The translations under genes and the position numbers were made by a program. Below the pieces are notes generated by a model. The model was not told the DNA's origin. It ran no database searches and saw nothing but the letters and a program-made list of their open reading frames with translations. DNA of 63,840 bases, filler included, from an uncultured virus (IMG/VR IMGVR_UViG_2049941000_000232) (Duplodnaviria > Heunggongvirae > Uroviricota > Caudoviricetes). It is 34 parts of one record of this genome, joined end to end, with 100 filler letters (N's around TTAATTAATTAA, not from the genome) between each part and the next. Parts side by side here need not be neighbours in the genome. Positions count along the whole stretch, not along the records: positions 1 to 319 come from IMGVR_UViG_2049941000_000232; positions 420 to 1,431 come from IMGVR_UViG_2049941000_000232; positions 1,532 to 5,626 come from IMGVR_UViG_2049941000_000232; positions 5,727 to 5,882 come from IMGVR_UViG_2049941000_000232; positions 5,983 to 9,070 come from IMGVR_UViG_2049941000_000232; positions 9,171 to 18,672 come from IMGVR_UViG_2049941000_000232; 28 more parts are not named here. One strand, 5' to 3'. Shown piece after piece: positions 1 through 12,037 of this stretch (its first letter is position 1; the number at the start of each line of letters is the position of its first letter).

Positions 1-363
1 CAGGCAAGACTGCTGCAGATTATCCGATTGATGATTATTTCCTAGGCGACCCTAACTACCCTCTGTCTATTTATGATCCTAATAGGCAGAGTAGAGGATG
101 TTGGCTTATGCTCCATCCTCTTCTGAATGGAACTCCAGACGGGATGTCGCCTCTTGATTTTGCTGTAATGTCAGATAATGCTACAGAATCAAGTACTAAT
201 ATCATACAGGAGTGGCACGCAGATACTCATATTATTAGGAAAAATGATATATATTATTATGCAACAGCATATAATGTATTTTCTAATAGTGCTGCGTCAT
301 ATGACGCGCTACCCGATGANNNNNNNNNNNNNNNNNNNNNNNNNNNNNNNNNNNNNNNNNNNN

Positions 364-375
364 TTAATTAATTAA
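364..375. other. Artificial scaffold linker TTAATTAATTAA flanked by N runs (recurs throughout, e.g. 1476, 5671, 5927, 9115, 18717, 63506)
   Basis: Identical 12-mer with stops in all six frames, always between ~44-N runs; assembly artefact. Confidence 0.98.
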
Positions 376-872
376 NNNNNNNNNNNNNNNNNNNNNNNNN
401 NNNNNNNNNNNNNNNNNNNTTGCAGATATCATGCTTCCAGTAGATATCATGAAGACTCTGCACAATGAATTCTTTGATAAAGTGATATGGATAGACCATC
501 ATATCACAGCAATCAATCTGTCAAAAGNNNNNNNNNNGTATTACTCATGGGAAGATATCTCAGGAGAACATTCGTTTGACTTCAGCCATTACGAATACAG
601 AATAAAGCCAGAAGTCACTCACAGAGCTTATAGTGCCGCAGAGCTTGAAGACGATTCATGTGGAATGATCCCTGCTGTCAAAGAAATATCTACAGGAATA
701 ATATACACTATCGCAGCATTGGATGGTGCTAATGTGTATATCCTGCAGAAAGACGGCAGTACAAAACGTTTCAGTACAGCAGAAATGCTGGATCTGTTTA
801 CGTGGCGCGATGGAGACGTGTTCGGTGTAAAAATCAATGACTGAGAAAATAATTGATCAAATTTAGATACTC

Positions 873-1244
873 ATGAAGAAAGTAGCTATTGTATTTCACC
901 GTATAGATTTTGATGGGCTGTTCAGCTATGCGATAGCTAGAGCGGCAGCAGAATCATCAAACAGTGAGACTGTAGAAGTCACTCCAGTTCCGTTCAATTA
1001 TAATGATCCTATCGATGATCTGCCANNNNNNNNNNTCTTACATGTATTTCCATCCGTCAGTACCATACGACAAGATTCCTCAAGCTATCAGGCTGGCTGG
1101 TGCTCATGACATATGGGATAAAGAGACCTATGATTGGATCAATATTGTACAGCCTATGCAATATGGTTTGAATCTCTATACTAAAACGGATTATAACGTC
1201 TTTTGGGATCTTTACGATGACATCCTGGAGAATTACTCTTCGTG
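873..1244 (+). CDS. DHH-family phosphoesterase, fragments (the DHH motif piece is displaced to 420-527)
   Basis: N-terminal FHRIDFDG motif; WIDHH at 420-527; AHDIW motif in 1036-1244. Confidence 0.75.
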
Positions 1245-1548
1245 NNNNNNNNNNGGCCTATTCTTACAGTTCCATACATATCCCATTTCTATATCTATTA
1301 TTTCCTTTACTTATATTAGGTTCATGGGGTGGTTTATAATTTTGTGGTTTTTATGAAAGATTTATGTTTTGTGAGTGATTATATGTAAAAAGTTTAACAA
1401 AACACTTACAGCTATGAGTATAGGCCAGTACNNNNNNNNNNNNNNNNNNNNNNNNNNNNNNNNNNNNNNNNNNNNTTAATTAATTAANNNNNNNNNNNNN
1501 NNNNNNNNNNNNNNNNNNNNNNNNNNNNNNNTAGATGTTATAACATTG

Positions 1549-1765
1549 ATGCCAAAAGCAGTATGGAGCTACTTGAAGGCTGCATATAATGCAATATCAG
1601 AGAATCTCAATCATCCTGAAGGAGACAAAGCTAACAGTTTTGACGAGATATATAATAGAGTGACTGTATGCAAGAAGTGCCCTGCTAGGAACAATGAGAC
1701 TTGTATGGCGTGCGGATGCAACTGCTTTGTGAAATGCGAGCTTGAAGGCGAATGCCCTATATGGA
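1549..1765 (+). CDS. Small Cys-rich zinc-binding phage protein (DUF6171-like), partial
   Basis: RxxxCxxCP...CxxCGC...K...CP pattern. Confidence 0.55.
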
Positions 1766-1945
1766 NNNNNNNNNNNNNNNNNNNNNNNNNNNNNNNNNNN
1801 NNNNNNNNNNNNNNNNNNNNNNNNNNNNNNNNNNNNNNNNNNNNNNNNNNNNNNNNNNNNNNNNNNNNNNNNNNNNNNNNNNNNNNNNNNNNNNNNNNNN
1901 NNNNNNNNNNNNNNNNNNNNNNNNNNNNNNNNNNNNNNNNNNNNN

Positions 1946-2524
1946 ATTTCAAATCGATAGTATCACAGATCAAGAGAAAAGGCTATACTGTTCCAGATCC
2001 TGTAATGATGGTATTTGACATGTATTCTATCGATACAGCATATGGACGCACTCAAAGCGCTGTATTCTCAGAAAGATATGATAGCCTGCAGTTGTTCTTT
2101 AATAGATACAAAGACCTGTTTGGTGANNNNNNNNNNAACGTATGCTTATAGATCTGTATATGACACTAGATCATCGTGCTGCTGAAGTATTGGAGTGCAT
2201 TCTTGACAAGGATCTGAAATGTGGCGTATCTACATCAGCATACAAGACATTCATCAATACTAATGAAACTTTAGGCGTCTCTCTTGCAAATAAGTATTTC
2301 GAAAAGAAAAAGAAAGTCGATTTTGAAAAGGATAGCTGGTACATGAGCCGCAAGCTTGACGGATGCAGGCTGAACATTGTCAAAAAAGGCGACAGTGTCA
2401 AGGCTCTTTCACGTACAGGCAAAGAATATACCACGATGGATGTCCTTATAAAAGTATTCGCAAATATTCCAGGAGATTTTGTGCTTGACGGCGAAGTTAT
2501 CACCAAGGGCGGTATGGAACATGA
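1946..2524 (+). CDS. ATP-dependent DNA ligase (T4 gp30-like), two out-of-order fragments
   Basis: Motif I RKLDGCR, SRTGK, motif III LDGEV; VFD motif in 1946-2125. Confidence 0.9.
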
Positions 2525-2831
2525 NNNNNNNNNNNNNNNNNNNNNNNNNNNNNNNNNNNNNNNNNNNNNNNNNNNNNNNNNNNNNNNNNNNNNNNNNNNN
2601 NNNNNNNNNNNNNNNNNNNNNNNNNNNNNNNNNNNNNNNNNNNNNNNNNNNNNNNNNNNNNNNNNNNNNNNNNNNNNNNNNNNNNNNNNNNNNNNNNNNN
2701 NNNNNNNNNNNNNNNNNNNNNNNNNNNNNNNNNNNNNNNNNNNNNNNNNNNNNNNNNNNNNNNNNNNNNNNNNNNNNNNNNNNNNNNNNNNNNNNNNNNN
2801 NNNNNNNNNNNNNNNNNNNNNNNNNNNNNNN

Positions 2832-3384
2832 TACATGAATATGGCCATTGCTATAGCCCAATTGTCTCATGCAGAACGCAAGAAAGTCGGATGTATTCTT
2901 GTCAACTCAAACGACCAGGTAGTTGCACAGGGATATAATGGCATGCCATCGGGATTTGATAATCGATGCGAAACAGACTATTGCTGCAAATACAACAAGC
3001 CTATCGATAAGCTAGAACATAGCAGCATAGAATGCTGTATGAATGAGGATCATATGACATGCAGCAGGTGTCCTCATTATAGGACTAAGACTAAAGAAGA
3101 AGTCTTGCATGCAGAATCTAATGCAATAGCTAAATGTGCCAGAAGCANNNNNNNNNNACAGTTCTGAAGGGTGCACTCTATACGTGACCATGAGTCCATG
3201 CGTGAATTGTGCAAAGACTATTATTCAATCAGGTATTGCTGCTGTGTACTATCTGGAACCTTATAAAGATAGCACTGGACTGGATCTATTGAGATCTGTG
3301 GGTATTGAAGTGCATAAGCTGGATACCAAATGGTCTTATTTATCGCCTAATTTCATACTTGACAATATCACCTCAATCTCTTAG
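2832..3384 (+). CDS. dCMP deaminase with Cys-rich insertion
   Basis: GYNG, HAESNAI and SPCVNCAK zinc motifs. Confidence 0.93.
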
Positions 3385-3551
3385 GTTGTATATGATCATT
3401 GGGCTATATTTGGGTCATAATCGATATTATCCCACATTACACCTATCTTCATTTCGGCTACAGGATATAGCATCCATTTCTGTGTATTCGTAGCATCATA
3501 TGTACGATATATGAAAGTGTTGCCGAATGGCGTGATAGACGNNNNNNNNNN

Positions 3552-4837
3552 TGTCTTTTGTAGGCCCTTCTTCTTTGACAGTATAGCTTGCTGCATATTG
3601 CGTTTCTGATGAAGCATATACCTTGTATTGGTTAGATATATATGCAGGAGATCCTGAATAACTCTGAGGACCTTCATATCTAGACCCACCTTCAATGAAT
3701 GAATTTCCATAATTGCCTGCATCCCACCATCTTCTGTTATATAGAAGGTCTGTGCATAATTCTGTAGTGCATATTATAGCATCAGTCTCTTGAATAACCG
3801 CATAGACATCTAGTCTATGCGTATGATTCTTCGCAGCCTTTATCGTATCTTCAGCTTTCTGCATAGCATTTTCAGGAGTTTTGGCTACACCATTGACTAC
3901 ATACGATACGTTGCTGAAATTCAATGTTATGTTACCTCCATGAGTGCAGCATGCCATCACATCAGCAGAAAGATATGTACCCCCTTCCCATATCTGTATA
4001 TTATCCCACGTGAACATCACGCCATTATACATCTTTGAAAATTCTGAGTTGTAATCGCTCGTCGTACTCANNNNNNNNNNTATCTATTATAGACGAAAGG
4101 TACACTTTATAGCCGCTTGACGATTCTTCCTCCATTACAACAGGACGCAGAACCAATTCAGGTCCGTTAGGGTTTTTCACAAGAGCATTGCATCTCTTAT
4201 CTGTCCAATTAGATGTACCCTCTTCTAAAAGAGAGTCATTGTATGACTGTGTGCATGACACTCCGTCAACAACTTTCACAAATTCACCAGGCTTGTCATC
4301 TATATGATATGCTTTAGAATATGAAGGCTGACCGAACTGGTCTGTATAGCATGGGATAAGCTTGCTCACATCTATCCAATGCGATTGTGTGATATGATAT
4401 ACATCATGTGATATGCCAGCCATATCCACACCACCAACACTAGCTTTCTCTATTTTGTGCCTTGTTCTTATAAAAGGTCCATATACTTCAGGATACATAT
4501 CAGACAATAGCAATCTTTCTGTCGAATGGTTGCCTTTCTGGAAGCCTGCGCCCATAGATACTGAAGATTCTTGTGAGTTCAGGTATTCTGCGGTAGCTCC
4601 GCTGAAATATATATAATATGTATTAGCGACGTCATATGGCGATGAACCTGTGTTGTAGCTTGAAGGTGTCGCTGACGTGCTTACCAATACAGTAGGCGTC
4701 TTTGCATTGACAGCCGTTACTCCTCCGTACAGATACAGGCGGAGCTCTCTGGTCTGGCCAGATGATTGCACTTGACCCCAAGATGTGCTGAATGAATGGT
4801 TGCTTGCTATATATGAACTGTCATTTTTAGCATATGT
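3552..4837 (-). CDS. Fragments of a large hypothetical, probably virion/tail, protein
   Basis: Long open minus-strand frames rich in S/T/G/Y; no recognised motif. Confidence 0.4.
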
Positions 4838-4884
4838 NNNNNNNNNNGAATTTTGAGATTTTCTGTAAAATTTTTGTGGAATTA

Positions 4885-4916
4885 TTTGGTGTGTATGTAA
4901 AATGTTAGTATCTTTA
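4885..4916 (+). promoter_or_regulatory. Bacteroidota-type housekeeping promoter (TTTG-N20-TATCTTTA)
   Basis: Matches the -33 TTTG / -7 TAnnTTTG consensus with one mismatch, upstream of the ORF at 4964. Confidence 0.6.
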
Positions 4917-4963
4917 CAACAAAGAAAGAACAGAACATTAACTTTTAATTGGAGGACAGAATT

Positions 4964-5284
4964 ATGAGACCGATGGATTTAGTTAAGATAGCAAAGAAAG
5001 AGCCGCTAATGACTCTATTGTATCTTAAAAAAGATGGAACATTCCGCAAGACACTTGCATCATGTTGCCCTATGATGTATGACAAAGCAACTGAAGATGC
5101 TGGTCGAGTTTGGGTACATGAAGGTACACCTAAAGGATGCTTCTCTTTCGTTGACGTGAAGGAAGGTAAGTGGAAGCGTCTTATTATAGCAAATCTGATT
5201 GCAGTCAAAAGAGCTGACGGAACAGTATTCTGCGTATCTAAGAGAGTACTGAAGGCAGCAGAAATAGCTGTAGGACATTTTTGA
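4964..5284 (+). CDS. SH3 beta-barrel (WYL_2-like) phage protein
   Basis: YxKKDGTxR...FxDV..GKWKR pattern. Confidence 0.65.
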   Translation: MRPMDLVKIAKKEPLMTLLYLKKDGTFRKTLASCCPMMYDKATEDAGRVWVHEGTPKGCFSFVDVKEGKWKRLIIANLIAVKRADGTVFCVSKRVLKAAEIAVGHF

Positions 5285-5302
5285 GTATATTCAATATACG
5301 TA

Positions 5303-5368
5303 TCGCTTGTAGCTCAATGGTTAGAGCAATGTCATATCTGGCATTATATGCAGGTTCGAGTCCTGCCA
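5303..5368 (+). tRNA. tRNA-like element with a 6-nt anticodon loop (pseudo-tRNA), 3' end in gap
   Basis: TAGCTCAATGGTTAGAGC D-arm; GCAGG-TTCGAGT-CCTGC T-arm; anticodon stem ATGTC/GGCAT around ATATCT. Confidence 0.6.
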
Positions 5369-5412
5369 NNNNNNNNNNNNNNNNNNNNNNNNNNNNNNNN
5401 NNNNNNNNNNNN

Positions 5413-5860
5413 ACCTGCCTGTCCGTTATGCCAGCAAGTCTGCAGGGATCTACAATGGCAGGTCTTTTGAATTCAGTAACGGTGTGAACATCGTGGTAGG
5501 CCCTAACGGGTCAGGCAAAACTGCGCTGTTCGAATGCATGTCGCAATACCTGTTGTGCTATGACAACGAATGCTCGCATATGTTCACAGATGCTATATAT
5601 GCACCTTCGATATTCAATGAAGACAANNNNNNNNNNNNNNNNNNNNNNNNNNNNNNNNNNNNNNNNNNNNTTAATTAATTAANNNNNNNNNNNNNNNNNN
5701 NNNNNNNNNNNNNNNNNNNNNNNNNNCCCAGCTCATAGTCATCATCCATAACCCTATGCTGATATACAAGCTGTACAAAGCTAAAAATAGATGTAATATC
5801 AACTTCATTGAGATGGTTCCTGGATATATCGACAAGATTCTAGAAATCATCAGTAAATGA
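5413..5860 (+). CDS. ABC-type ATPase fragments (N-term 5413-5626, C-term 5727-5860; Walker B piece probably 9171-9348)
   Basis: VNIVVGPNGSGKT Walker A; QLIVIIHNP H-loop; VLIDEP at ~9330-9348. Confidence 0.65.
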
Positions 5861-7593
5861 CATCGATACAATTAAAAAGTAANNNNNNNNNNNNNNNNNN
5901 NNNNNNNNNNNNNNNNNNNNNNNNNNTTAATTAATTAANNNNNNNNNNNNNNNNNNNNNNNNNNNNNNNNNNNNNNNNNNNNTAAGGCCTGCCAAGTCAT
6001 AACCATTCTTCTCCATAGGATTGTTTGGAACCTGGTTCTTTATGATATCCATATTATATGCTCGCTTTACATCATCGGCTGAAACAAGAACTACAGGGAC
6101 ATACTTATATTTCACATGATTGAACGCAATGTTCATATAAGCGGTTTTAGCTCCTTTGTTATTGCTTCCTGTTATATTGACGTATATTGGAGATGACTGT
6201 CCATGAATAAGGATCTCTGCCTGATCTGTGTTGTTCAATATACGGATGCTATCATAGAAGATAGTACATACATCGTCACTGCACAATCCCATATTGCAAG
6301 AAATTCTTTCATCTTCACTGATGACAATATCCATAGTTTCTACGCATCCTGCGATANNNNNNNNNNATGAGATTTTAGCATAGCTTGTTCCGCTGAAAGC
6401 GTCTTTCAGAGTCTCTAGTCTCTGTCGGTCGATGTTGACCGTAATAATAGCTTTATCTGCTGTGTTCATATTTGTAATAGTTTGTAAATGATATAATATA
6501 TAATCACGCTGAAGATATGAGATATCTCGTCAAAACACATTTAGGTTCTCTTGCTGCAGGCACAAATTGCACTGCATTAGATCTGCTATGGTATGATTTC
6601 AACTCATTCGGATTCCAATCTTCAGCTCTGTCAGGCAGCGACAAACGCATGATATCTATATCTGGATATAATATAGAATCTGTAGAGCCTGATTCAGATG
6701 AAAAGCANNNNNNNNNNNNNNNNNNNNNNNNNNNNNNNNNNNNNNNNNNNNNNNNNNNNNNNNNNNNNNNNNNNNNNNNNNNNNNNNNNNNNNNNNNNNN
6801 NNNNNNNNNNNNNNNNNNNNNNNNNNNNNNNNNNNNNNNNNNNNNNNNNNNNNNNNNNNNNNNNNNNNNNNNNNNNNNNNNNNNNNNNNNNNNNNNNNNN
6901 NNNNNNNNNNNNNNNNNNNNNNNNNNNNNNNNNNNNNNNNNNNNNNNNNNNNNNNNNNNNNNNNNNNNNNNNNNNNNNNNNNNNNNNNNNNNNNNNNNNN
7001 NNNNNNNNNAGAAATCATCAGACGATGAAATAGGATTCATATCTACATCACGCATAGCATATACTGGGATAAGTGAGCGATTCAGATATGCTGCATATAC
7101 GAATCTGTATGATTCTATAAAGCAGTTCAGCATATATACTGTAGAATGCTCGCCATCAACAGACGCAGCGAGAAACTCTCNNNNNNNNNNGTATTAAAAT
7201 AAACTTTGGTAGCGTAAGACGTTCTTTTTCAAAGAGTTATGGGTATGATAAAATAGGTGCTGATGATATCCCATGGAATGATGGGATGTGTCTGGACAAC
7301 TGGTCGATGCACGATAGCCTCTCACCTATATCCATCTTTGCACCTAAAGATTCTAAAATAGCNNNNNNNNNNNNNNNNNNNNNNNNNNNNNNNNNNNNNN
7401 NNNNNNNNNNNNNNNNNNNNNNNNNNNNNNNNNNNNNNNNNNNNNNNNNNNNNNNNNNNNNNNNNNNNNNNNNNNNNNNNNNNNNNNNNNNNNNNNNNNN
7501 NNNNNNNNNNNNNNNNNNNNNNNNNNNNNNNNNNNNNNNNNNNNNNNNNNNNNNNNNNNNNNNNNNNNNNNNNNNNNNNGTATCAGATCCCTA

Positions 7594-7851
7594 TCATTTG
7601 ATATGCATCTTCTTTTCCAGCTGGACCTCCATGACAGAGATTTCAGCCTCAAGCTTTTCAGTCTCGACCTGTAATTCTTTTATCTTTGATGTCGTAGCTT
7701 TGATGTTATCATAAAGCTCGTTATACTGTGTCGTCAGATCATCGTATTTCTGCTTAGTTTTGCTCGATTTATGCGCATATCTGAACGGAGTAATTAAAAT
7801 GATCAGGATTAATGCGATCTTGCAAATAATCTCATGTTTTGACTGTTTCAT
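7594..7851 (-). CDS. Single-TM coiled-coil protein
   Basis: Hydrophobic IALILIILI segment followed by a heptad coiled coil. Confidence 0.5.
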   Translation of the reverse strand: MKQSKHEIICKIALILIILITPFRYAHKSSKTKQKYDDLTTQYNELYDNIKATTSKIKELQVETEKLEAEISVMEVQLEKKMHIK

Positions 7852-8014
7852 GTTATTTCTTTTTTGAGACTGTATCATTTACTATGTCNNNNNNNNNNNN
7901 NNNNNNNNNNNNNNNNNNNNNNNNNNNNNNNNNNNNNNNNNNNNNNNNNNNNNNNNNNNNNNNNNNNNNNNNNNNNNNNNNNNNNNNNNNNNNNNNNNNN
8001 NNNNNNNNNNNNNN

Positions 8015-8304
8015 ATCGCGATATCTCAGAGTAGCTTTCTGTGAGTTAGACTTTGGCTTTTCAGGCTTGCGAAGCTGCTCACTAGGCTTGACCTCGCTCA
8101 CATATACTATATCCCCTATCTTGAACACAAGATCTGGATAATATTCGTGCTGCTTGTTGTCGCCATATGGTGCTGGATAGAAATAGATTATCTTGAAGGG
8201 CTCGCTTGCCCACCATTCTACGTCAGGATTTTCGTCTAGCCAGTGCATAATTTTGAATTCCCAGCTAGATCGGTATATACACTTCGTAGGATCACCTTTA
8301 TATT
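8015..8304 (-). CDS. Head completion nuclease (T4 gp4/TnsA-like); N-terminus at 19124-19186
   Basis: KYKGDP..IYRSSWE..WLDENPDV..WASE..YYPD..EVKP; FKQGYY N-terminal piece elsewhere. Confidence 0.85.
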
Positions 8305-8314
8305 TNNNNNNNNN

Positions 8315-9070
8315 NTAGGAATTTGCGACTTGATTCGCACTGAATGAGCTTTAGAACCAGATTTGATCAATTCGTATTTGTCCTGCAAGCCCAAAGATTT
8401 GATCAGATAGTTGTACAATACAGCGCCTTTCAATTCTGGTGTTGCATGAGGTCTTACTTTGATCTGGCCGACATCGCTTATTGCGTAATGCTGAAGCTTA
8501 TTGATTTTTCTGGTAGGAGCAAAAGTCTCTGGTGAAACAATAGCGAACAAGCCTTTCATCTTGCTGATGTTGGACATGATGTCTTCACGAGTATAACCTT
8601 TCTCGTGTGTGTCGAATATCATATCTACAATAGACTTGATGCAATCTTTGCAATATGCCGATACTCCAGATTTTACCAATTCAACACCCTTAGCAACAAG
8701 TTTTCCGTCTTGTAAATGAACATCTGGTTCTTTCCACTGGACAACTTCAACATAATTCTTCTTACCTAGCCATAGACCCTTAGAAGCATAGGCTTCCAAT
8801 TCGAAATCGAGTACGTGTTCTGCATTGAAGCTGTCTGCCATGTCTTTGAAGAATTTGCTGAACAGATCTTCCATGAATTCTTTATTCAGACATATAACGA
8901 AAGATTTTCCAGAAGGCTTTTCTTTATGGATCTCTTCTGCGTCAGGATACCTTGCCAATACACTGGCTTCATCTGGATACTTTTCAGTTGACAGATAATG
9001 TGACAACTTCTTCTTTCCCGCCTTGAAAAACCATACATCATGTGACATCCATGACGTAGTATACAAGATC
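8315..9070 (-). CDS. Family B DNA polymerase, C-terminal (palm/thumb) fragment
   Basis: FELE...KKNY...KGVELVKS motifs. Confidence 0.85.
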
Positions 9071-9358
9071 NNNNNNNNNNNNNNNNNNNNNNNNNNNNNN
9101 NNNNNNNNNNNNNNTTAATTAATTAANNNNNNNNNNNNNNNNNNNNNNNNNNNNNNNNNNNNNNNNNNNNAAAGGACTATGCCTTTCCTATAAAAGACAT
9201 GCTTGATATGAAGAACAAGCCTAGTACAAATGGTGTATGGAAAGACCGATTGGACAATATGCTGAAGTACTACAAAGACAATACATTTGTGACTAGTACT
9301 AGTGTGAAAGAACAGCTCCTCAGGTATACTGTCTTGATAGATGAGCCTNNNNNNNNNN

Positions 9359-9798
9359 GTGATCTGATAGCTTTTACTATTTTCTTCGAAAAGTACCCCA
9401 TTGTGACAAACAGCATCAACCCCATATCTCCTAGATTACAAAGATCTTCATGATGTAAAGATAGAAGATTAAGCATACCTTTTTTAGTCATATACACGTG
9501 AGGCCCGAAGACTTCATCTAGAATATATTTGTATTTTTTGCATGCTGTACTATATGCCCCACTATTCTTTTTATAGAACTCGCCTCTTGATGAGTATTTT
9601 GAAGCCTCAGCGCGAATTGTTTCTTCAGTCCATCTAACATTCTCACAGAAGATCTTGTCTAGAAGACCTAATCTGCGTGCGGCATTGTACGCTCCGCTGT
9701 TCCCTTTCATGAACTCAATTTTTGAAGAATACTTCTTAGCTTCTTCGCAGATAGTTGTTTCAGTCCAGTAACCAGGTCCTTTTCCTTCATACTTTCCA
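9359..9798 (-). CDS. Fragment with tandem WTxE..EAxKYSSxxEF..SGAY helical repeats
   Basis: Two ~44-aa repeats visible; repeat type resembles those in phage endonucleases/helicases. Confidence 0.55.
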
Positions 9799-10073
9799 NN
9801 NNNNNNNNGAAGACAAGATACCCTAAATATCATGGAATCCGTGTCAAAGTAGGAGAGGTTGAACGATGGATATTCTGCACAGATGACAGGATATACAAAT
9901 ATCCATATATCGTATATCAGACCAAAGAGGACGTCAATAAATTATTCCTCAAATATTTCACAAAAGAAACAAAAACTGCGATTTAACGCGATATTCTGAA
10001 TGAGATGTAGATTTATATATTTCGTAGGTGATCGCGTTAAAAAACAATATAAAACAACTAAAACATTCAACAT

Positions 10074-10516
10074 ATGGAACATACTACAAGCTGGGAAGAT
10101 TGGACCAGAGAAAATTGCAAGATGTCTGAAGAATCTGACATTGCTGCATGGCATGAAGGTGCTGAGGCTGCTAAAAACTATTTCGAATGTCTTGCATCAA
10201 AAGGCGAGATGAGCGACGGCATGCATACATTCAACGAATTGTACGACTACCGCATGGCATACAACGCTATGCTAGTCAACCAATTTGCTGAACAAGGACT
10301 ATACAATTGCCACAAATCTAAAAGACATTCTGATGGTGAAGAATGTTTCGGTGGGGGATGGTTTATTGTTAATATGGAGCTGCCTACAGGCCAAGTAAGC
10401 AACCATTACCCGTTAGAGCATTGGGACAAATTCAAATGCGAAGAAAGAGATATTGCTGATCCTTGGGACGGGCATACTCCTCAAGTGGCTTACCATAGAA
10501 TGATTGATTTCATCAT
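10074..10516 (+). CDS. WDGH-domain protein
   Basis: SDGxHTFNELY, GWFIV, GQVSNHY and WDGHT motifs. Confidence 0.8.
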
Positions 10517-10526
10517 NNNNNNNNNN

Positions 10527-11387
10527 TCGAAATTCTCGAAGAATGCCATGATGCTCTGTACAGGTGTACCTCCTGCAGAAGTGATACCTGTAGTACCTGG
10601 TGATGAGTTGATCTCGATGACATAGAACTTATTGTCTTCACTGACAATGACATCAACACCACACCACACTGCACCTACTGCTTTAGCTGCAGCAATAGCA
10701 ATATCTTCGATCTGCTTGATAGTCTCACGGTCAGTATTCTCGTCATTCACAATCTCAACAGAAGCACCCAAATGGTAATTGCTTCTGAAATCCTCTTTAG
10801 TATGTGAACGTCTCATCATGCCTATAACTTCATATTTAGGATCTATAGACGAATATGAGTTGTTCAGTACATGGACACGATAATCGCATCTGCTATTGAT
10901 GAATTTCTGAAGGATCACACCATCTGTTATGGCAGTCATTGCCTGAAGGACTGATAGAGCGCTGTTAGGTGAGTCCATGATGAACACGCCTATACCCTGT
11001 GTACCTGAAGGGAGCTTTCCTACAATAGGATATCCCCATCCAGAAACCTTATCGAGAGCTTTCTGTACGCTTTTCTTAGGACACAATACTGTTTCTGGAG
11101 TATCTACACCAGCATTGCTCAACACGCGATATGTCTCAAACTTATCCTCACATGTCTGGAACACTTCTAGTGTATTTACCAAAAAGAATCCGTAGAATTT
11201 CAATAGCTTCAATAGATCACATGATGTACGTGTAGTTATCGCAGATCTTCTNNNNNNNNNNTTTAGCTTGTTTTTCAAAAATGTCTAATGATGTATCAGC
11301 ACATTTCTTTGCAGCTCGAGCGGATAGGAAGATCAGATTCTTCTTATCAGCTTTCTTTCCTTCGTTTATAGTAGTTACTGGTAGCAT
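10527..11387 (-). CDS. rimK: RimK-family ATP-grasp (alpha-L-glutamate) ligase
   Basis: DKFET, PxT, GTQGIGV, LQKFI, DYRVHV, FRSNYHLGA, GVDVI, EINSSPG; N-terminus MLPVTTINEG..NLIFLS starts at 11387, overlapping the upstream stop. Confidence 0.88.
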
Positions 11388-12028
11388 AAGATTTGAGTCT
11401 TTATATTTCTGACGTATGAATTGATTACATTGTGATGGCGGCTGTCTAGGTCAGGGATCTGTCCGTTATACCAACACAATACTACTGTAGCAACAGGAAT
11501 GCCTTTTACATCTTTGATATTGCAGAAATAGATGTAGCTTACTTTATGCATCTCAAGCATGCTTTCTAATCTATGATCATTAAGCTTGCAGATCTTGCCT
11601 CGCCATCCGTCTTCCATGATATGCTGTTCTGCAAACGCAAATTTATCAAGTGATACATTATTGAATAGATCGCTTGTATATTCGATGGAGTCTGCAGCAA
11701 CTTCGTATCTCATGTCTGCGAATACAAATGGGACTCGAGTGAAATTAGATACACCGTTATGATATCCTAATACAAATGTCTTCCCTGCGCCGATAAATTC
11801 TCTTAACTCAGTAAGATCTTCTCTGATCTTACCGCTTATAACAAAACGTGTGGTCGGGTCTAGATGCTCTTTCTGTGTTGAAATATATGTATCATAAACT
11901 ACGACACATAATGTAGCTACAACACATATAGTTCGGATAATATTCAGAGTGCGTGCTGATAAGAACGTCATCTTACCAGCAGCCTCTCTGATTTTATCGA
12001 CTAGCCCTAAAATTGTAGCTGTTTGCAT
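11375..12028 (-). CDS. N-terminal TM plus GAF-like domain protein, putative T4 T-type holin
   Basis: One TM helix then YHNG..F..M.YE pattern; function inferred from architecture. Confidence 0.5.
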   Translation of the reverse strand: MQTATILGLVDKIREAAGKMTFLSARTLNIIRTICVVATLCVVVYDTYISTQKEHLDPTTRFVISGKIREDLTELREFIGAGKTFVLGYHNGVSNFTRVPFVFADMRYEVAADSIEYTSDLFNNVSLDKFAFAEQHIMEDGWRGKICKLNDHRLESMLEMHKVSYIYFCNIKDVKGIPVATVVLCWYNGQIPDLDSRHHNVINSYVRNIKTQILCYQ

Positions 12029-12037
12029 GTCGTGGGA

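Noticed and set aside
2142..3167. Apparent fusions in the ORF track (ligase-deaminase here; also PolB-gp4, HD-Rnl2, Cas4-topoisomerase, tnpA with ORF 30595)
   Set aside because: They read through N gaps joining unrelated or out-of-order contigs
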